Shown here: one piece after another, positions 13,111-28,019 of the stretch
How positions within the stretch are numbered: position 1 is the stretch's first letter
How the letters are laid out: each line of letters begins with the position of its first letter
From: Octopus vulgaris
Taxonomy: Eukaryota
NCBI GenBank assembly: GCA_951406725.2
Contig: OX597819.1
Span: 71,424,001-71,488,000 of the forward strand
DNA: 64,000 bases
Direction: 5' to 3'
The notes under the pieces: model-generated
What the model was told of the DNA's origin: nothing
What the model saw: the letters and a program-made list of their open reading frames with translations, nothing else
The model's database searches: none
Program-made: the position numbers and the translations under genes

Positions 13111-13295
13111 GTGACGACTCTGCCGTTCGTTGGAGTAGTGGCTCTCCGTTCAATGGATTATGGAAACCCCCGTTTACCGAAGTAGAGTCTCGCTTGTTCA
13201 CTGAAATAGTGATTCCTCATTCTCTGGAGTAGTGACTCCCGTTTACTGAAGTAGTGACTCCCCATTCACGGGAGTAGTGACTCCTCATTCACTTG
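13108..13295. repeat. Minisatellite, about 23-bp unit, about 8 copies
   Basis: Consensus approximately GGAGTAGTGACTCCCCGTTCACT, tandem and degenerate, with no spacers. Confidence 0.85.
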
Positions 13296-14510
13296 TGATT
13301 TCGTTGCCTATATTACTTAGCTTCATGTTCACCCTTATTTAACAAAAACATTCCATCCATGGCCATCTAGTCTTTTTATTACACTGTAAGTCAACATTAT
13401 TTAATGTGATTTAATTGAACGCAATAGGATATGTAATTTGAAAGATGTTTGACTGCTATGTTTGGCCCGTTGAGCAACCATGTAGAGGTTCTACCTCGCA
13501 GTGATGTTAATATTCTTAATATTAATAGCAGTCTCATAGTGAAATTGGTAATCATTGTGATGTTAGAAGTGGTATGGTTTTGCCCCAAGTCATATTTAAT
13601 TCAACAGATTTATGATCAAAACTTTTCCAACCGTCATTAATACATCTTCTTTTCAGGCATAGTTTATCAAAGAATACATTATCCAATAATTCTTTCCATT
13701 GTTAACACAGAAGGTATGATCTGGAGAAGATAGATTTGTTATGTCTAGCATTAAATGCGTTTACATAGAAGTTCGTTCGTTTGCTCGTAGGCGTTCCTTC
13801 TGGTTCGTAAATGCACCATTTTATTGCTAGAAGCTACTCCAAACTTGTTATTAATGCCGACGTTTTAATGTTAATGTTAATTTTTTTCCCTCAATATTTT
13901 TTCCATTATCTTTGCAATCCGTCTAATGGATATCGCTCATACCATCTCATTTTGAAGGTAGAAATCTGACTAAATCCATTGTTATCGCAACACACAGCGC
14001 ATATATTTTGCGCTTGTCTTCTATTATAATTACAAGCACAAGTAAAATGCTTCTTCTGAAAATTAAAACAACCCTAATATTTCACTGGTATTTTACATAA
14101 TCAATACCAAAACATAAAATGCGAAGTTTACTTCGACAGAATTTGAAATCAGAATGTATAACATCGTAACGAAACTCTAGCAGTATTTTATCAGACTCTC
14201 TAAGGACTCTGCCGATTCACCATTTTGAAACGCTCAAACAATGGGTTAATCGATAACACCAACTATCAATTTCATTATCGATAAATTTTAAGAAAGAAGA
14301 AAAAAGCGCAAATATCAAACAAAGTCATTCGTTTTGGAAATAGTTACAGGCGTGACTGTCTGATTAGAAGTCTACTTCCCAACCATATGGCTTCGGGTTT
14401 AGTTCCACTGCGCACATTTTAAGGAAAACACTATCTGTCTGAGGTTCATGTTGTAAACGTAACATTTGACTAAATACTGCGATACATTTATATATCATCA
14501 TATATATATA

Positions 14511-14560
<50 letters not shown>

Positions 14561-14563
<3 letters not shown>

Positions 14564-14798
14564 AAATAAGCAACAAGGATATCCAGAGGTAATGCAGGTA
14601 CGAACGTTTCATGCGACTACATTTAATTGAACCATGCAATAATTTCATTACATCAATTTAAAATGTAGGGCAATCTTCAGCTGCACAAAGACATAGAATT
14701 TACTTAAATTAGAAGGACACATTAGTATAATTTTACCCCAAATCTCCAAGAGAATAAGGAGATAGACAAAGAACATGTTTTACCAACAAAAGTGCATC
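14561..14798 (-). mobile_element. Short hammerhead-bearing element between (TA)n tracts
   Basis: About 240 bp of complex sequence bounded by (TA)n and containing the hammerhead at 14593-14685. Confidence 0.6.
14593..14685 (-). ncRNA. Type I hammerhead ribozyme motif with extended stem II
   Basis: tgcag-CTGAAGA-ttgccctacattt...aaatgtagtcgcat-GAAA-cgttcg-TA-c-ctgca. Stem I is tgcag/ctgca with one bulge, stem II is long and imperfect, and the triplet is GUA. Confidence 0.75.
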
Positions 14799-14840
14799 AT
14801 ATATATATATATATATATATAGTAATAATATATATATAAT

Positions 14841-14877
<37 letters not shown>

Positions 14878-14940
14878 GGTATAATAATATGTGTATATAG
14901 TCATATATACATACATATATGTACATAATTACATATATAC

Positions 14941-15005
<65 letters not shown>

Positions 15006-15069
15006 TCAGTGGCCACAGGACATCATCAAATGTGTACAACAAAAAAAAGTACGAAGTACGAGTACATGG

Positions 15070-15141
15070 AATAAGAACTATTTTTTCGAACGAAAGACAC
15101 AAATGGAAAACAACATAAAGAACGGCCCTTCATCAGTTGTT
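15070..15141 (-). ncRNA. Possible degenerate hammerhead motif in a (TA)n-flanked element (about 15003-15247)
   Basis: aacaa-CTGATGA-agggc...gttc-GAAA-aaatagt-TC-ttatt. The core boxes are intact but the stems are weak. Confidence 0.4.
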
Positions 15142-15242
15142 GGCTGTTTTTCTACTCTCATATTTCGATATATACACATATATTGAATAATCTAAAGCTT
15201 TATACTGTACTCTACTACGTTCTTAACAGAATATAACATAAC

Positions 15243-15304
<62 letters not shown>

Positions 15305-15474
15305 TGCAGGTCTGGCTGCTGGGGGTGTTTGTCTCCCCTTCGTAAATGTATATAAGGACACAGGAAAAATGTGTCGAAGTCAGCAGGAAGCGTATATGCT
15401 TCTTAGGGCTAAACAGCAATGTTGTAAGCCCCTACTGTCACGTTCACGTTAGATTGACAGTATACAACCATTCT

Positions 15475-15512
<38 letters not shown>

Positions 15513-15872
15513 GGAAGAAATTGCGTAATGTCTTATATATAATATAATATATATTTTCCCTTTTTTCTGTATTTTTTGTGCTCCTTGTAAATATATATTC
15601 TTATGAATCCCAAGTTGTGTTTATCTACCTTACAGTTTCCATGTCAGCTTTATTTGGATTTCGCTAATAAACACTTGATGCTAGGTGCTTTGCCCCAGAC
15701 GAAGATATCGGAATTTAAGTTCAAATTCATTCGAGCAATAGTATGCACTTTCTGACCTGCTGGCCCGATAATTGAAGAGGAGCTAGCGACCATCCGTGAT
15801 TGTTTCTCGCTTGTTTGCGCATTTATCTTGTTTTTTTTATTATTTACTCATCATATATATACATACATAAGT

Positions 15873-16280
15873 TCTTTTATTTGTTTTAGTTGTCTAACTG
15901 CGGCCATGCTTCAGCAAATCGAACAAATCCACCCAGCACTTATTCTTTATAAGCCTAGTACTTATTCTATAAGTCACTTTTGCCGAACCGCTATGTTACG
16001 GGGACGTAAACACGCCAACATCGGTTGTCAAGCGATGGTGGGGTTACAATCATAGACACACAAACACACATGCACACACACACACACGCATACACACACA
16101 CACACGCACACATATATATCTGTACATACACGACGGGCTTCTTTCAGTTTCCGTCTATCAAATCCACTCACAAGGCTTTGATCGGCCCAAGGCTATAGTA
16201 GAAGACACTTGCCCAAGGTGCCATGCAGTGAGACTGAACCCGGAACCATGTGATTAGTAAACAAGCTACTCCTGCGCCTG
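15873..16280 (-). mobile_element. SINE family A, near full length
   Basis: Reverse complement of the tRNA-like head, the cactgcatggcaccttgggcaagtgtcttc core, the internal microsatellite and the 3' tail. Confidence 0.88.
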
Positions 16281-17097
16281 TATATGTATGTGTGTGTGTG
16301 TGTGTGTACAAATATGGCTGTATGTATGAATTTACGCAGTTAAATCTCATCATTGTGAGCCAACAACGGAGTTAACGCCGATGATAGCGCAACACCGATG
16401 ATCTATCGATCTGTGTAGCTATTGATCGATATGTCACAGCTCATAGCAGCTGGGTGTGTTATGGCGCACCCCAAAAATCCTCACAAGGAACGAATTAACC
16501 TGTATTTCAGTAAACTATTTATAGCAATTCTCACCTGTAAAAATATAAGGAACACCTTGACCACAATAAAACTTTTTATTTCATTGTAAAGCGATTTTGT
16601 TATTTTATTTTACTTCACCTTTTCTTTTCTTTTATTTATTGATATATTTTTTTTTGTTCACAGCCGACAGCGAAATCCTATGAATGCCGACCGACTTGTT
16701 TGTAAAATGAGTCTTTTTCTGCATAATAGAATGTTTTTCATGTAATATTATAATATTTATCAAGTCTATTCTTAAACTGTTTAGTTGCCTTGGACTTCGC
16801 AAACACTACTCGTAATCGTTTCTGGTTTCTATTGATTGTGTTTGAACAGTTATAATAGTTGTACCCTGTTGGCTTGTTACATCACCGTCTTGAATATTTT
16901 ATATGCGTCGGCTCACGATGGTAGCTGATGTGATTATAACCGTCCTCTGTTGCAGTCGGTTTTGCACGTCAGCATCTAATAGCTTCACACATACACACAC
17001 ACACATGCATACATATATTATATATAAATGTATGTCTATACATACATATATATTATATGCATATATATACATGTATATATATTTACATACATATATA

Positions 17098-17167
<70 letters not shown>

Positions 17168-17169
17168 CA

Positions 17170-17329
17170 GCGCAGTCGTGGCTGTATGATAAGAAACTTG
17201 CTTCCAAACCACATGGTTCCGGGATCAGTCCCACTGCGTGGCACCTTGGGCAGGTGTCTTCTACTATAGCCGTGGGCCGACCAAAACCTTGTAAGTGGAT
17301 TTGGTAGACAGAAATTGGAAGAAATCCGT

Positions 17330-17330
<1 letters not shown>
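17170..17330 (+). mobile_element. SINE family A, 5' half
   Basis: gtggctgtatgataagaaacttgcttccaaaccacatggttccgggatcagtcccactgcgtggcaccttggg. Confidence 0.85.
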
Positions 17331-17407
<77 letters not shown>

Positions 17408-17516
17408 CATCCCCGAAGGGATGAAAAGCAAAGCGAACCTTGGCGGGATTTGAAGTGATAATGTGAAGTCGGAAAAAATGCTGCTAGCCATGATTCTGCC
17501 TTAATAATAATAATGA

Positions 17517-17972
17517 TGGGCTACAGCAAATATTCTGCTCAATACCACAGATTTGCTTGTCAGTTGTTTGACCGTAACCAGTTGAGCATGTCCCTTAATG
17601 GCTGACGATATGTGCATCTCTGATCACGAGCAGAAGTAGTGGGGGAGCATCATAGCCATGTGTTGAGAGGGATTCTTTGGGGTTTAAATAATTCACCTCT
17701 GGAAACATGGGTGTTTCATTTAACATCCTTAAATAACCCTTATTCAGGGACCTTTTGAGCAGGATGGGCTACTCAACCTGAAGAAAATTCTAACTGGGCC
17801 CCACCTGCAAGGTCATGTGCTGTTTATCTTGATATGAGATCACCATGTCGCGCACATATGGTTGTGATGCATGTGCCTGGTGTACCATATCAGACGGGTA
17901 GTCATGATGGGTATATTGGGCTTCGTATATTTTACCCCAGTGTCACTTTGATGGCATGCACTGCTCTCTCAC
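17517..17972 (+). mobile_element. Non-coding element of about 455 bp inserted in (TAA)n (candidate non-autonomous partner of Dong/R4 LINEs)
   Basis: Flanked by TAA repeats on both sides, no meaningful ORF, and a second, internally deleted copy at 24746-24932 also sits in (TAA)n. Confidence 0.7.
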
Positions 17973-18020
<48 letters not shown>

Positions 18021-18030
18021 AATTATAATG

Positions 18031-18761
<731 letters not shown>

Positions 18762-18773
18762 TAATAATATATC

Positions 18774-18987
18774 CGAAGGCCGGATATAGTAACTGTTAGG
18801 AGGGACAAACAAGAGAGCTTAATAATCGACGTGGTAGTGCGAGGAGATCAACATATTATCATGATAGAAAGAGAAAAGGTTGATAGATATGGAGACCTGA
18901 GAATTGAGGTCGCCAAGATATGGCAGCTGAGAGAATCAAACATAACGGTTATCCCTGTTGTCTTTGGAGCATAGGTTTCAGTACCAC
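18774..18987 (+). mobile_element. Second, divergent R4/Dong-like RLE fragment
   Basis: RRPDIVTVRRDKQESLIIDVVV..EREKVDRYGDLRIEVAKIW..VIPVVFGA*, directly following a (TAA)n tract. Confidence 0.8.
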
Positions 18988-18990
18988 CAT

Positions 18991-19722
18991 AATGAAACCG
19001 TTGATCATGTTGTCTCCAAGTGCACTCTTCTTGCTCCTATAGAGTATCTCAACAGGCATGATAGAGCTGCACAGTATATTCACTGAGAAATTTGCAAAAA
19101 TCTGGACCTGCCCCATGATAAAAACTGGTGGGAATACAAACAACCTCCATTGCTTGAAAATGATCACATCTCACTCCTCCGGAACTTTACCATTCAGACT
19201 GACAGAAAGATAGATGCGAATAGGCCAGACATTATATTGAAAGACTTCAGACCAAAATCATGCCTCCTCATTGATATGACTGTCCCAATCGATATAAATG
19301 TATCTGTCAAGACCTACCAAAAACTGAGCCAGTATAAAGATCTTGAAATAGAAATTGGCGAAATGTGGAACCTCAAGACTAAAATAATACCTGTTGTCAT
19401 AGGTGCCCCAGGAATTATAGCAAAAGAGGATGATTGCTACTACCTAGCTCAGATATCAGGAAACCCCCCAAAATGGTAGAAATTTAAAAGATAGTGCTCA
19501 TGGGAACTGCCCATATCCTACATAAAATACTGTCTATGTAATCTCAAATTTTAAAACAAATCCATAATTTTCTTAAACATTCTCTAGATAAATATTATGT
19601 GTAAAACCAAATATATGACACCCTAGGCATAACACCAACTGGAACTTCAAACTTGTTATCGCTTGAGGTCTCTGGGTGAGACTTGGAGTCAACTTGTACA
19701 AATACAAAGCAAAAGTTAAACA
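18991..19722 (+). mobile_element. Third R4/Dong-like LINE 3' end (partial CCHC knuckle, RLE domain, 3' UTR)
   Basis: ETVDHVVSKC..RHD..TDRKIDANRPDIILKD..LIDMTVP..KLSQYKDLEIEI..MW..IPVVIGA..MGTAHILHKIL*, with internal stops and a frameshift. Ends in (TAA)n. Confidence 0.9.
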
Positions 19723-19767
<45 letters not shown>

Positions 19768-19782
19768 TAAATGTTCATTTTC

Positions 19783-19852
19783 TGTCTTAACTGATGACAT
19801 GCCGGAGCGGGCTTCATCTCCGGAATCCGAAACTCTGAGTTTTAATATGACA
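19783..19852 (+). ncRNA. Type I hammerhead ribozyme motif
   Basis: tgtc-ttaa-CTGATGA-catg-ccggag-cgggcttcat-ctccgg-aatcc-GAAA-ctctgag-TT-ttaa-tat-gaca. Stems I, II and III are all recognisable. Confidence 0.65.
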
Positions 19853-19932
19853 ACCAAATAGTTGTCACATATTATATTTATATTTACACACACACATACA
19901 CACACACACAGACACACACAGGCACACACACA

Positions 19933-19980
<48 letters not shown>

Positions 19981-20092
19981 TATATACATAATATTCAGAA
20001 TTCTGCGACTAGCGTTCATCGTTGGATTACAAAATATGCACATGCCGGGGATTTTAAACCTTTCCAAATGTCATTAATTGTAAAGTTCCTGT

Positions 20093-20179
20093 ATTCATCT
20101 GAGGAAGCGGTTTTTTTATAATAATGTAATGTATTCATTAAACCAATTAAGAAAATCGTTGGAAACAGCTGTAATGAAT
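20093..20179 (+). ncRNA. Type I hammerhead ribozyme motif (well preserved)
   Basis: attcat-CTGAGGA-agcggtttt...aaaatcgtt-g-GAAA-cagctg-TA-atgaat. Perfect 6-bp stem I, stem II with G-U pairs, palindromic ACAGCUGU stem III and a GUA triplet. Confidence 0.82.
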
Positions 20180-21339
20180 TGACACCTATCCATCGTTTGC
20201 TATTTACACACACGTTATGTGTAACAGTAGCCATATTAGTTCAGAATAGTGATCTATGTATCATACTTAATGTAGATACATCATGGAAATCGAAATTAAC
20301 TACGGTCTTTGTTCTGAGATGATATGTTTGATAGGCACATAGCTTAATATTTATATATGCTTACATACATACATGCGTGTGTGTGTACTGTTAGAATAGC
20401 CAGAACAGTTATATTTTGGAAAGCTAGCTGCTGTAGACTGGAATCCTCTCCTGAGGAATACTAATCTCACATCCATTTCGCCAGATGAAAATAGAGTACA
20501 CCTCCCAAAGGTCCTCCTCTTCTCGCGTCATTTCCATTCGGCAATCAATAATCAGATCAAAAGCAACTCCGTCTGATATTCCACTGGAATCTGGTTTTAT
20601 TCTGCAACTTCAAACAACATGTCACGTTTACTCCATTCACCAGCGATTCACATTTATAGTTTGACGAGGGCGGACAGTAAAAGTTAAGTGTCTTTCAACA
20701 GCGCAAAACACGTCAGAGCTGAGACATAAAGAGTTGACTGTTTCCATTGAACATCAACCGAAACCATACAAGTGCATTTCAAATCTTCTCTTCCCTACAC
20801 CCCCCACACACACTCGCACTCTCCTTCTCAGTTTCCCTCTCCCAACCCCCCTCTCTCTTGTGTCATTCTCGTAGTAATAAAAACAGCAATTTACTGTGTT
20901 TGGTGCCAATAGGTTGGTTTTTGAAAGCTGACCAATCTCTACTTTGGCTAACTCCTCTACAGACGTGACTAACTACAAAACATTCAATGGTCATGATAAC
21001 CCCTGTAAACCGCACTCACCTCTCTGACTCAGTCACTCTCTCTCTCTCTCTCTCTCTCTCGTTCTCTCTAACTATCTATCTATTTACCTCTCTATTTATA
21101 TCAAACACACTTCATGCATTTATATCGTCGACCATTCAGTTTTATTTTTATATTTTTCAATTAAAATCATGATTCTTCAAAATAATTTATATCTCATGCA
21201 ACCGCCAAAGTAGACCATCTTGATTAAAATCTATCCAAATCACACACACACACACACACGTGTGTATATGTATACACACATACACGCATTCATACAGAGA
21301 TATGCACACTTACATCTATGTATATGTATGTATCTATAC

Positions 21340-21760
21340 ATATGGTGACTGCTCCACCTTCACAGATGATTGCTTTCCCTTTGCGCTTCCTTAGCATCTC
21401 TACCTTTCCATGCATTAATTCTCCGATGTCCGTCCAGTTCCATTGCAAATCTACTTTGTTTGAAACATAATTGACAGATGAAAGTTTTAACTTCCAATTG
21501 TTTAGGTCAGCACACGTCGCTACTTTTTGCATTTTTCTCCGGGTCAAAGAGAATGTATTGTGAGTTGAACTTAGTCGGTGTTAAGATTGCATAAAATCTT
21601 GCGATTCTTCTTGACACAGTCAACAGAATTATTGTACAATTCACCAAAAAATAACAATGTGGAACCTTTGACAAGTGCCTTCAGGTTGTCAAGCGTGTAG
21701 AGGAGAAAAACAATTTCCATTGTAAAACAGTTTATGTTGCAGAGCAACTGCAAATGAGGT
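21340..21760 (-). pseudogene. Possible highly decayed piggyBac-like transposase fragment
   Basis: Two minus-strand frames (KGSTLLFFGELYNNSVD..KILCN; RRKM..KLK..VNYVSNKV.LQW..KRKGKAI..AV) loosely echo the piggyBac 'FFDNFYNSV..GT.R.NR..KLKRGE..KW.D' region. By-eye resemblance only. Confidence 0.3.
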
Positions 21761-21854
21761 ACTACTATAGACTTGTCTCCAAATATCCAAAGAAGAAAGT
21801 ATATTTTTAAAAAACTAGTGTTGACTAAAATTAATATGCCTGTATGTATGTATG

Positions 21855-21888
<34 letters not shown>

Positions 21889-21937
21889 TGTATGTATGTA
21901 TGTATGTATGTATGTGTGTATGTATGTATGTGTGTGC

Positions 21938-21968
<31 letters not shown>

Positions 21969-22766
21969 CATGTATGTATGGTTGGATGGATGGATGTTGA
22001 GCAGATTTGTATGTTTTATGTATGTATTCTCATGCATATAGTTACATATCTAGACATGCTCATATATATTTAAATGATAAACTTCTGGTAAGTTTTACAG
22101 ATTTTTTACAGTTCCAGTGATGGATCGGATCAGTAGTCTTCGAATTAGCTTTCTCCTTTCTGGTTTTGAGAAACCTAATTTCTCAAGATTGCTATTTAGC
22201 TAGTGTGGTATATATCCCAGTACCCAAATAGATAGATGAATAGATAAATAGATAGATAGATAGATAGATAGATAGACAGATAGATAGATAGATAGATACA
22301 TACATACATACATACATACATACATACTTACATACATACATACATACATAATACATACATACATAATACATACATACATACATACATACATACATACATA
22401 CATACATACATACATACATACATACATACATGCATGGTTAAATAGATAGATAAGTATGACCAAATTAGGCTGGAAATATGGGAAACAAGATAGCATTTCA
22501 ATTAAATGTTCTAACCATTTACGCAACATGTTTGCCAATATATCTCCAGCTCTCTACAAGGCTACAAACGTAGTCGTGACGAGATTCTCTTGTCTGGTGA
22601 CGATCACTTGCTTTGCACAATACAATAATTACTATACAGTCTACTGACCTGCTCCAGCCACTCAAGTGGTTTTCAAGGACAACGAGACATGAAGACATGC
22701 AAACACAAATGCACACACGATCACATCTCCCTCACTCTCTCTCTCACTCACTCACTCACTCACTCA

Positions 22767-22812
<46 letters not shown>

Positions 22813-22823
22813 GTAAATGCATG

Positions 22824-22872
<49 letters not shown>

Positions 22873-23104
22873 TTATTTATCTATCTATCCAACTATCTAC
22901 TTATCAATCAATCTATGTATATACAAAAACACATGTGTGTACGTACGCACGCGTGTATGTGTAAATGTACGTATTTGTCGTAGTATTTCATATTCTATAA
23001 AATATTATGCCATAAGTACATATATATATATATATACAAATACAAATACATATATATATATATATACATGAACTCATAAAAGATACTTGCATGTATATAT
23101 AAAT

Positions 23105-23135
<31 letters not shown>

Positions 23136-23632
23136 ATTATATATATATATATATATATAATTATATATATATATAATTATATATAAAATTCATATATATT
23201 AGTTATACTGTTTCATATTATATTATATTTGCAGAGTTTTTGATAGACCACAAAAATTCTAAAACCTGTGCTAGTGAGCCATTCGTTAACGAATTGGAAT
23301 CATTATTACAATGTTAGCATTGAAATACTTTATAGTTCAGGCCCACCCACCGCTTATGCATTGTTTCAAACAACCGCACAACCAAAGCTAAAAAGCCAAA
23401 GAAGATAAAAAAACAGAAAAACAAGAATCAACCATTAACAACAATTGCAACCCACAAACTACAGTAAATTGCCTCTATAAAATTGTTTCGTGGGATTTAT
23501 CAGCGTTCATTCTGACAGCTGTGTCTCGAGAGACATCGTAGAGCAAAACAAATAGTATTAATCGATGTCAGAGCGTTTAACCATTCCAAAACAAGGCGCG
23601 TTACGTACGTTAAAATCAATACTATATAATAT

Positions 23633-23660
23633 AACAATGGCTGATTAGTGTGACGTCACA
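23633..23660. promoter_or_regulatory. Candidate CRE site with adjacent Sox-like site
   Basis: Perfect TGACGTCA (23651-23658) within the palindrome GTGACGTCAC, plus AACAATGG (23633-23640), in a non-repetitive block. Motif match only. Confidence 0.25.
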
Positions 23661-24000
23661 GCTTATCTTTTGCGGCAGCTTCTCATCCACTTTTGCCTAT
23701 TGTCTCCTTTTTTCCATCAGTTTACGCCATTTTGTTTTGTCTCTCTTTTCATTATTTTTTCTCCTACTCTACTTTTTATTCTGTTCTGTTGTTTCCTTTG
23801 GGTAAATACAAGTTGAAAAGCATTAAATTCCTCTACCAAAATCCATAAGTGTTTGCCGCTTATGCAGTTATTTATTTCTTCGTTTCTATGTGTTATATAC
23901 ATATGTGTGGGTGGGTATTTTCTATGCGTTATATCTATCCTCTACATTTATGCATACATATATGTATGTAGATGTGTATACTGATATATACATATATATG

Positions 24001-24033
<33 letters not shown>

Positions 24034-24039
24034 GCATAT

Positions 24040-24131
<92 letters not shown>

Positions 24132-24636
24132 TGTATATAATTTCAGATACATATAATGCGTTGATATAAGAACATAATATATATGATGGTTTGCTTAGGC
24201 ATAGCGATTCTAATAAACAGTTGTTAGAAGTCAATAAACTTACGGTTTAGAGCAAACTATCATATCAGTACAGAGTATAATATCAATTAATGAGTGACAA
24301 AGGAACAGAACTTATGTAATTGCTTTCATTAAATTATCGCTATCGCTGCAACGTGAAGTTTGCACTCAGAGCTAAGAGCTCGTACAACATCTAATGACTT
24401 CCTGCTTCCTCGAAGTATTTTACATACATATGTACATATTCGCAGTGTATGTATATATGTATGTATATATATATATGAATCAAAATCATTTTAGCTGCAG
24501 AATTTTTGATTATTAATCTAGAAGTACGTGGGTTTCATCTTGGAGATGATTAGAGAGGGAAGAAAAATACGGTGAAGTACAGCAATATATATCTTTCAAG
24601 AGTTAGTAATGAAATATATAATAATGATGGTAGTGG

Positions 24637-24932
<296 letters not shown>

Positions 24933-24955
24933 TAATAATAATAATGATAATAATG

Positions 24956-25018
<63 letters not shown>

Positions 25019-25054
25019 GTAATAGTAATAATAATAATAACAATAATAATAATA

Positions 25055-25110
<56 letters not shown>

Positions 25111-25537
25111 GTTTTCTTTAAAGCTTCACAAAAACACATTAGGGGCCGTGCGGGACAATACAATGAAGACTTGAAGAAAGGAGCGTGTAAAAAGACGAAA
25201 AGTAATGTCAATATGAATTCCAACAAAGGATGATTTCCGAAAGGGAGGCGACTTCCGTGGGTTGCTTGTAGAAATCCTACAAAATCACAGCCGCCCTGAC
25301 CACAAAGGCGAATGCACAATCCACATCTTTCTTCCTCAGTCTATAGGCGCATGCTTTAGATTAACCCCGTGCACTTAAACCATTTTTACTCCATTCACTC
25401 ACCTTGGAACAAATTTGTTAGAAGTCAGCACTTCCCTCTCCACTCTCACTTTGTTTTTCAAGCGAAACTTAGATTTGGTGAGAGCTTGACTAAAGAGGGA
25501 AGTGTATATCTTCACTCCTGTCAATCCAGTCCACCAC
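25111..25537 (-). mobile_element. Tx1/L1-like LINE 3' end
   Basis: Minus-strand remnant WWTGL.G..SQAL..KFRLKNKVRVEREVL.SNKFV resembles Tx1 ORF2 C-termini, followed by a UTR ending at the (TTA)n tract. Confidence 0.5.
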
Positions 25538-26847
25538 ATGAGTGACAAAAGAAAAAAGACTTACGTAATCACTTTCATTAAATTACAGCTATCGCTGCAA
25601 CGTGAAGTGTGCACTCAGAGCTGAGGGCTCGTACGTCATCTTTCGCCAAGGCTATTTCACAAATAAACACTGCACGTCCTTAAACGTCAAAGGAAAGTGG
25701 CAGCATGGTCCTGAGAAGGGTCTCAGCCGACAGGCAGATTCGTGACAAGTATTCTACAAAAATCTACGAATCAGCAAGGCTCGAACACTCGACAAAGGCA
25801 TGCGAAAACGGTTTGAAATTTAGGCCCAAGGCCAGAAAAATGTTCTAGTTGACGGCATATCGAGTATAATGATCTCGGTCCTTGGCTGAGACTTTATTTT
25901 ATCGATCCTGTAAGGAAGAAACGTATACGTGGTGACATTTAGGTATCTGTACTCATATACAAAGTCCCATGCATAACACATACAAACATATATGTATATA
26001 CATACTTATATATATATATGTTTGCATATGATGAATGGAGGTTTAGATGTACATACACACGCACGTGCGCACACCTATACGCCTACACAAGCAATCATAC
26101 TTACGCACATATATACATCTATGTATGTGTCTGTGTGTGTGCGCGTGTTTATGTGTGTGGATATATATACATACATACATACATAAATACACAATTAGAG
26201 AGACAGAGATAGATAAGATAGATTGATAGATAGATAGAGACGCGTGTGTGTACATGTGTGTGTGTGTGTGTGTGTGCGTGCCTGTGTTTGCTGGTGTGTA
26301 TGTGTAGCTACGCAGTTATACTTTGAAAAATACTCGAGAACAACACAGACTACATTAGAATATTAAGTGTGGGGGGGGTGAGGGTGCGTGTGTCTGTGTG
26401 TGTGCCTGTGTGTGTGTATTTAGCTATATAAATGAAGGCTTCATCATTTGTCTACTTTGAACAGACAGATGAAAGAAAGGACTACAGAGGCAAAGAAAGC
26501 TATTGTCTGTTAACGTGTATATTTATGGGAAAAAATTAGTGAGCTTAATGCTTAGAAAGTTCTTTGATAGCCGCCATGTTTAACAGTATTACGGAAGGCA
26601 ATGATATATTCTGGCAGAAGATGTTAACATCGTTCCTATCACCAGTGGACAATTAGAGAAGGGAATTATGTCCTGCAGCACAAATAGTGTTTCTGTATGT
26701 AGACACACTCACACGATTCTGCACGTGAATATCTATTGCTACATATCTAACGATACATTCTTACAACAGTTACATAATATAGCTTCATATGTATTGTTAT
26801 GTTCTGTGAATAGTGTAGTATGTAGTTGTATAGATATGAGCATGTAT

Positions 26848-26916
<69 letters not shown>

Positions 26917-26939
26917 CACATATATATGTCTTATGCTGC

Positions 26940-26970
<31 letters not shown>

Positions 26971-27199
26971 GATACATAAACAAATGTGTGTATTTGTGAA
27001 CATATGTTTGCATTTATATATGATATATATGCATATAAACATTTGCACATATGTGGATATAACTGCATATCTGTATCTGTATATACATACACATAAATAC
27101 ATACGTACATACATACATAAATACACATATTTCTATACGCTATATAAGTCCATATATACATACATATACGCGTGTGTATGTCTATGTATATATATATAC

Positions 27200-27231
<32 letters not shown>

Positions 27232-27345
27232 TTACAGACACACACACACACACTCACAACAGGCTCACATACACACACACACGAACTTACACAAACACAA
27301 ACGCGCACATGCACACACACACAAATACACACTTACAGATATATA

Positions 27346-27849
27346 CAATAATCCCTCGACTGTTGCGGGTGTTACGTTCCAAAATCCTCCCCCCTCGATA
27401 GGTGAAAATCCGCGAAGTAGAAACAGTACTGTACTGTATATTTCTTTTTTCTTATTTTTATAATTTGTATATATTTATTTCTGTATAAATGCAAAAGAGC
27501 ACCACACACACTCCTCCCGAGTTTCGTTTTCCATACAATATATGCGATTCTCTGTTTACTCATCTACGGTACACTACACATTTCCTTTTAATATATTTTA
27601 ATTAATGTGTTACACAGTGCAGTACTGTATTATATTTTTATTTATTAATCTATTAATTTTAAGACGTGAAAATGCTTATTTTACCAAAGAAATAATTAAA
27701 ATTAAAAAAAAAAACCTCTATACCTATCGGCCGCAGAAACCTGCGATATACTGAGGAGTCCGCGATATAAATTTACATATATTAGCCAGAAAAATCCACG
27801 ATGTACTGAGAACGCGATAGGTGAACCGCAATAAGGCGTGTGATTACTG
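27346..27849. mobile_element. pogo/Tigger-like MITE
   Basis: Imperfect TIRs CAATAATCCCTCGACTGTTGCGG ... CCGCAATAAGGCGTGTGATTACTG, left TA flank, repeated subterminal gataggtgaa and ccgcga motifs. Confidence 0.7.
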
Positions 27850-27899
27850 GTTGCGACTAACTGACCGCTATGTCGTATGTGATAGCTAGCTAGCTAGCA

Positions 27900-28019
<120 letters not shown>

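Noticed and set aside
13108-13295. CRISPR-like array of hairpin repeats
   Set aside because: Units are contiguous with no unique spacers, there are no cas genes, and the context is eukaryotic.
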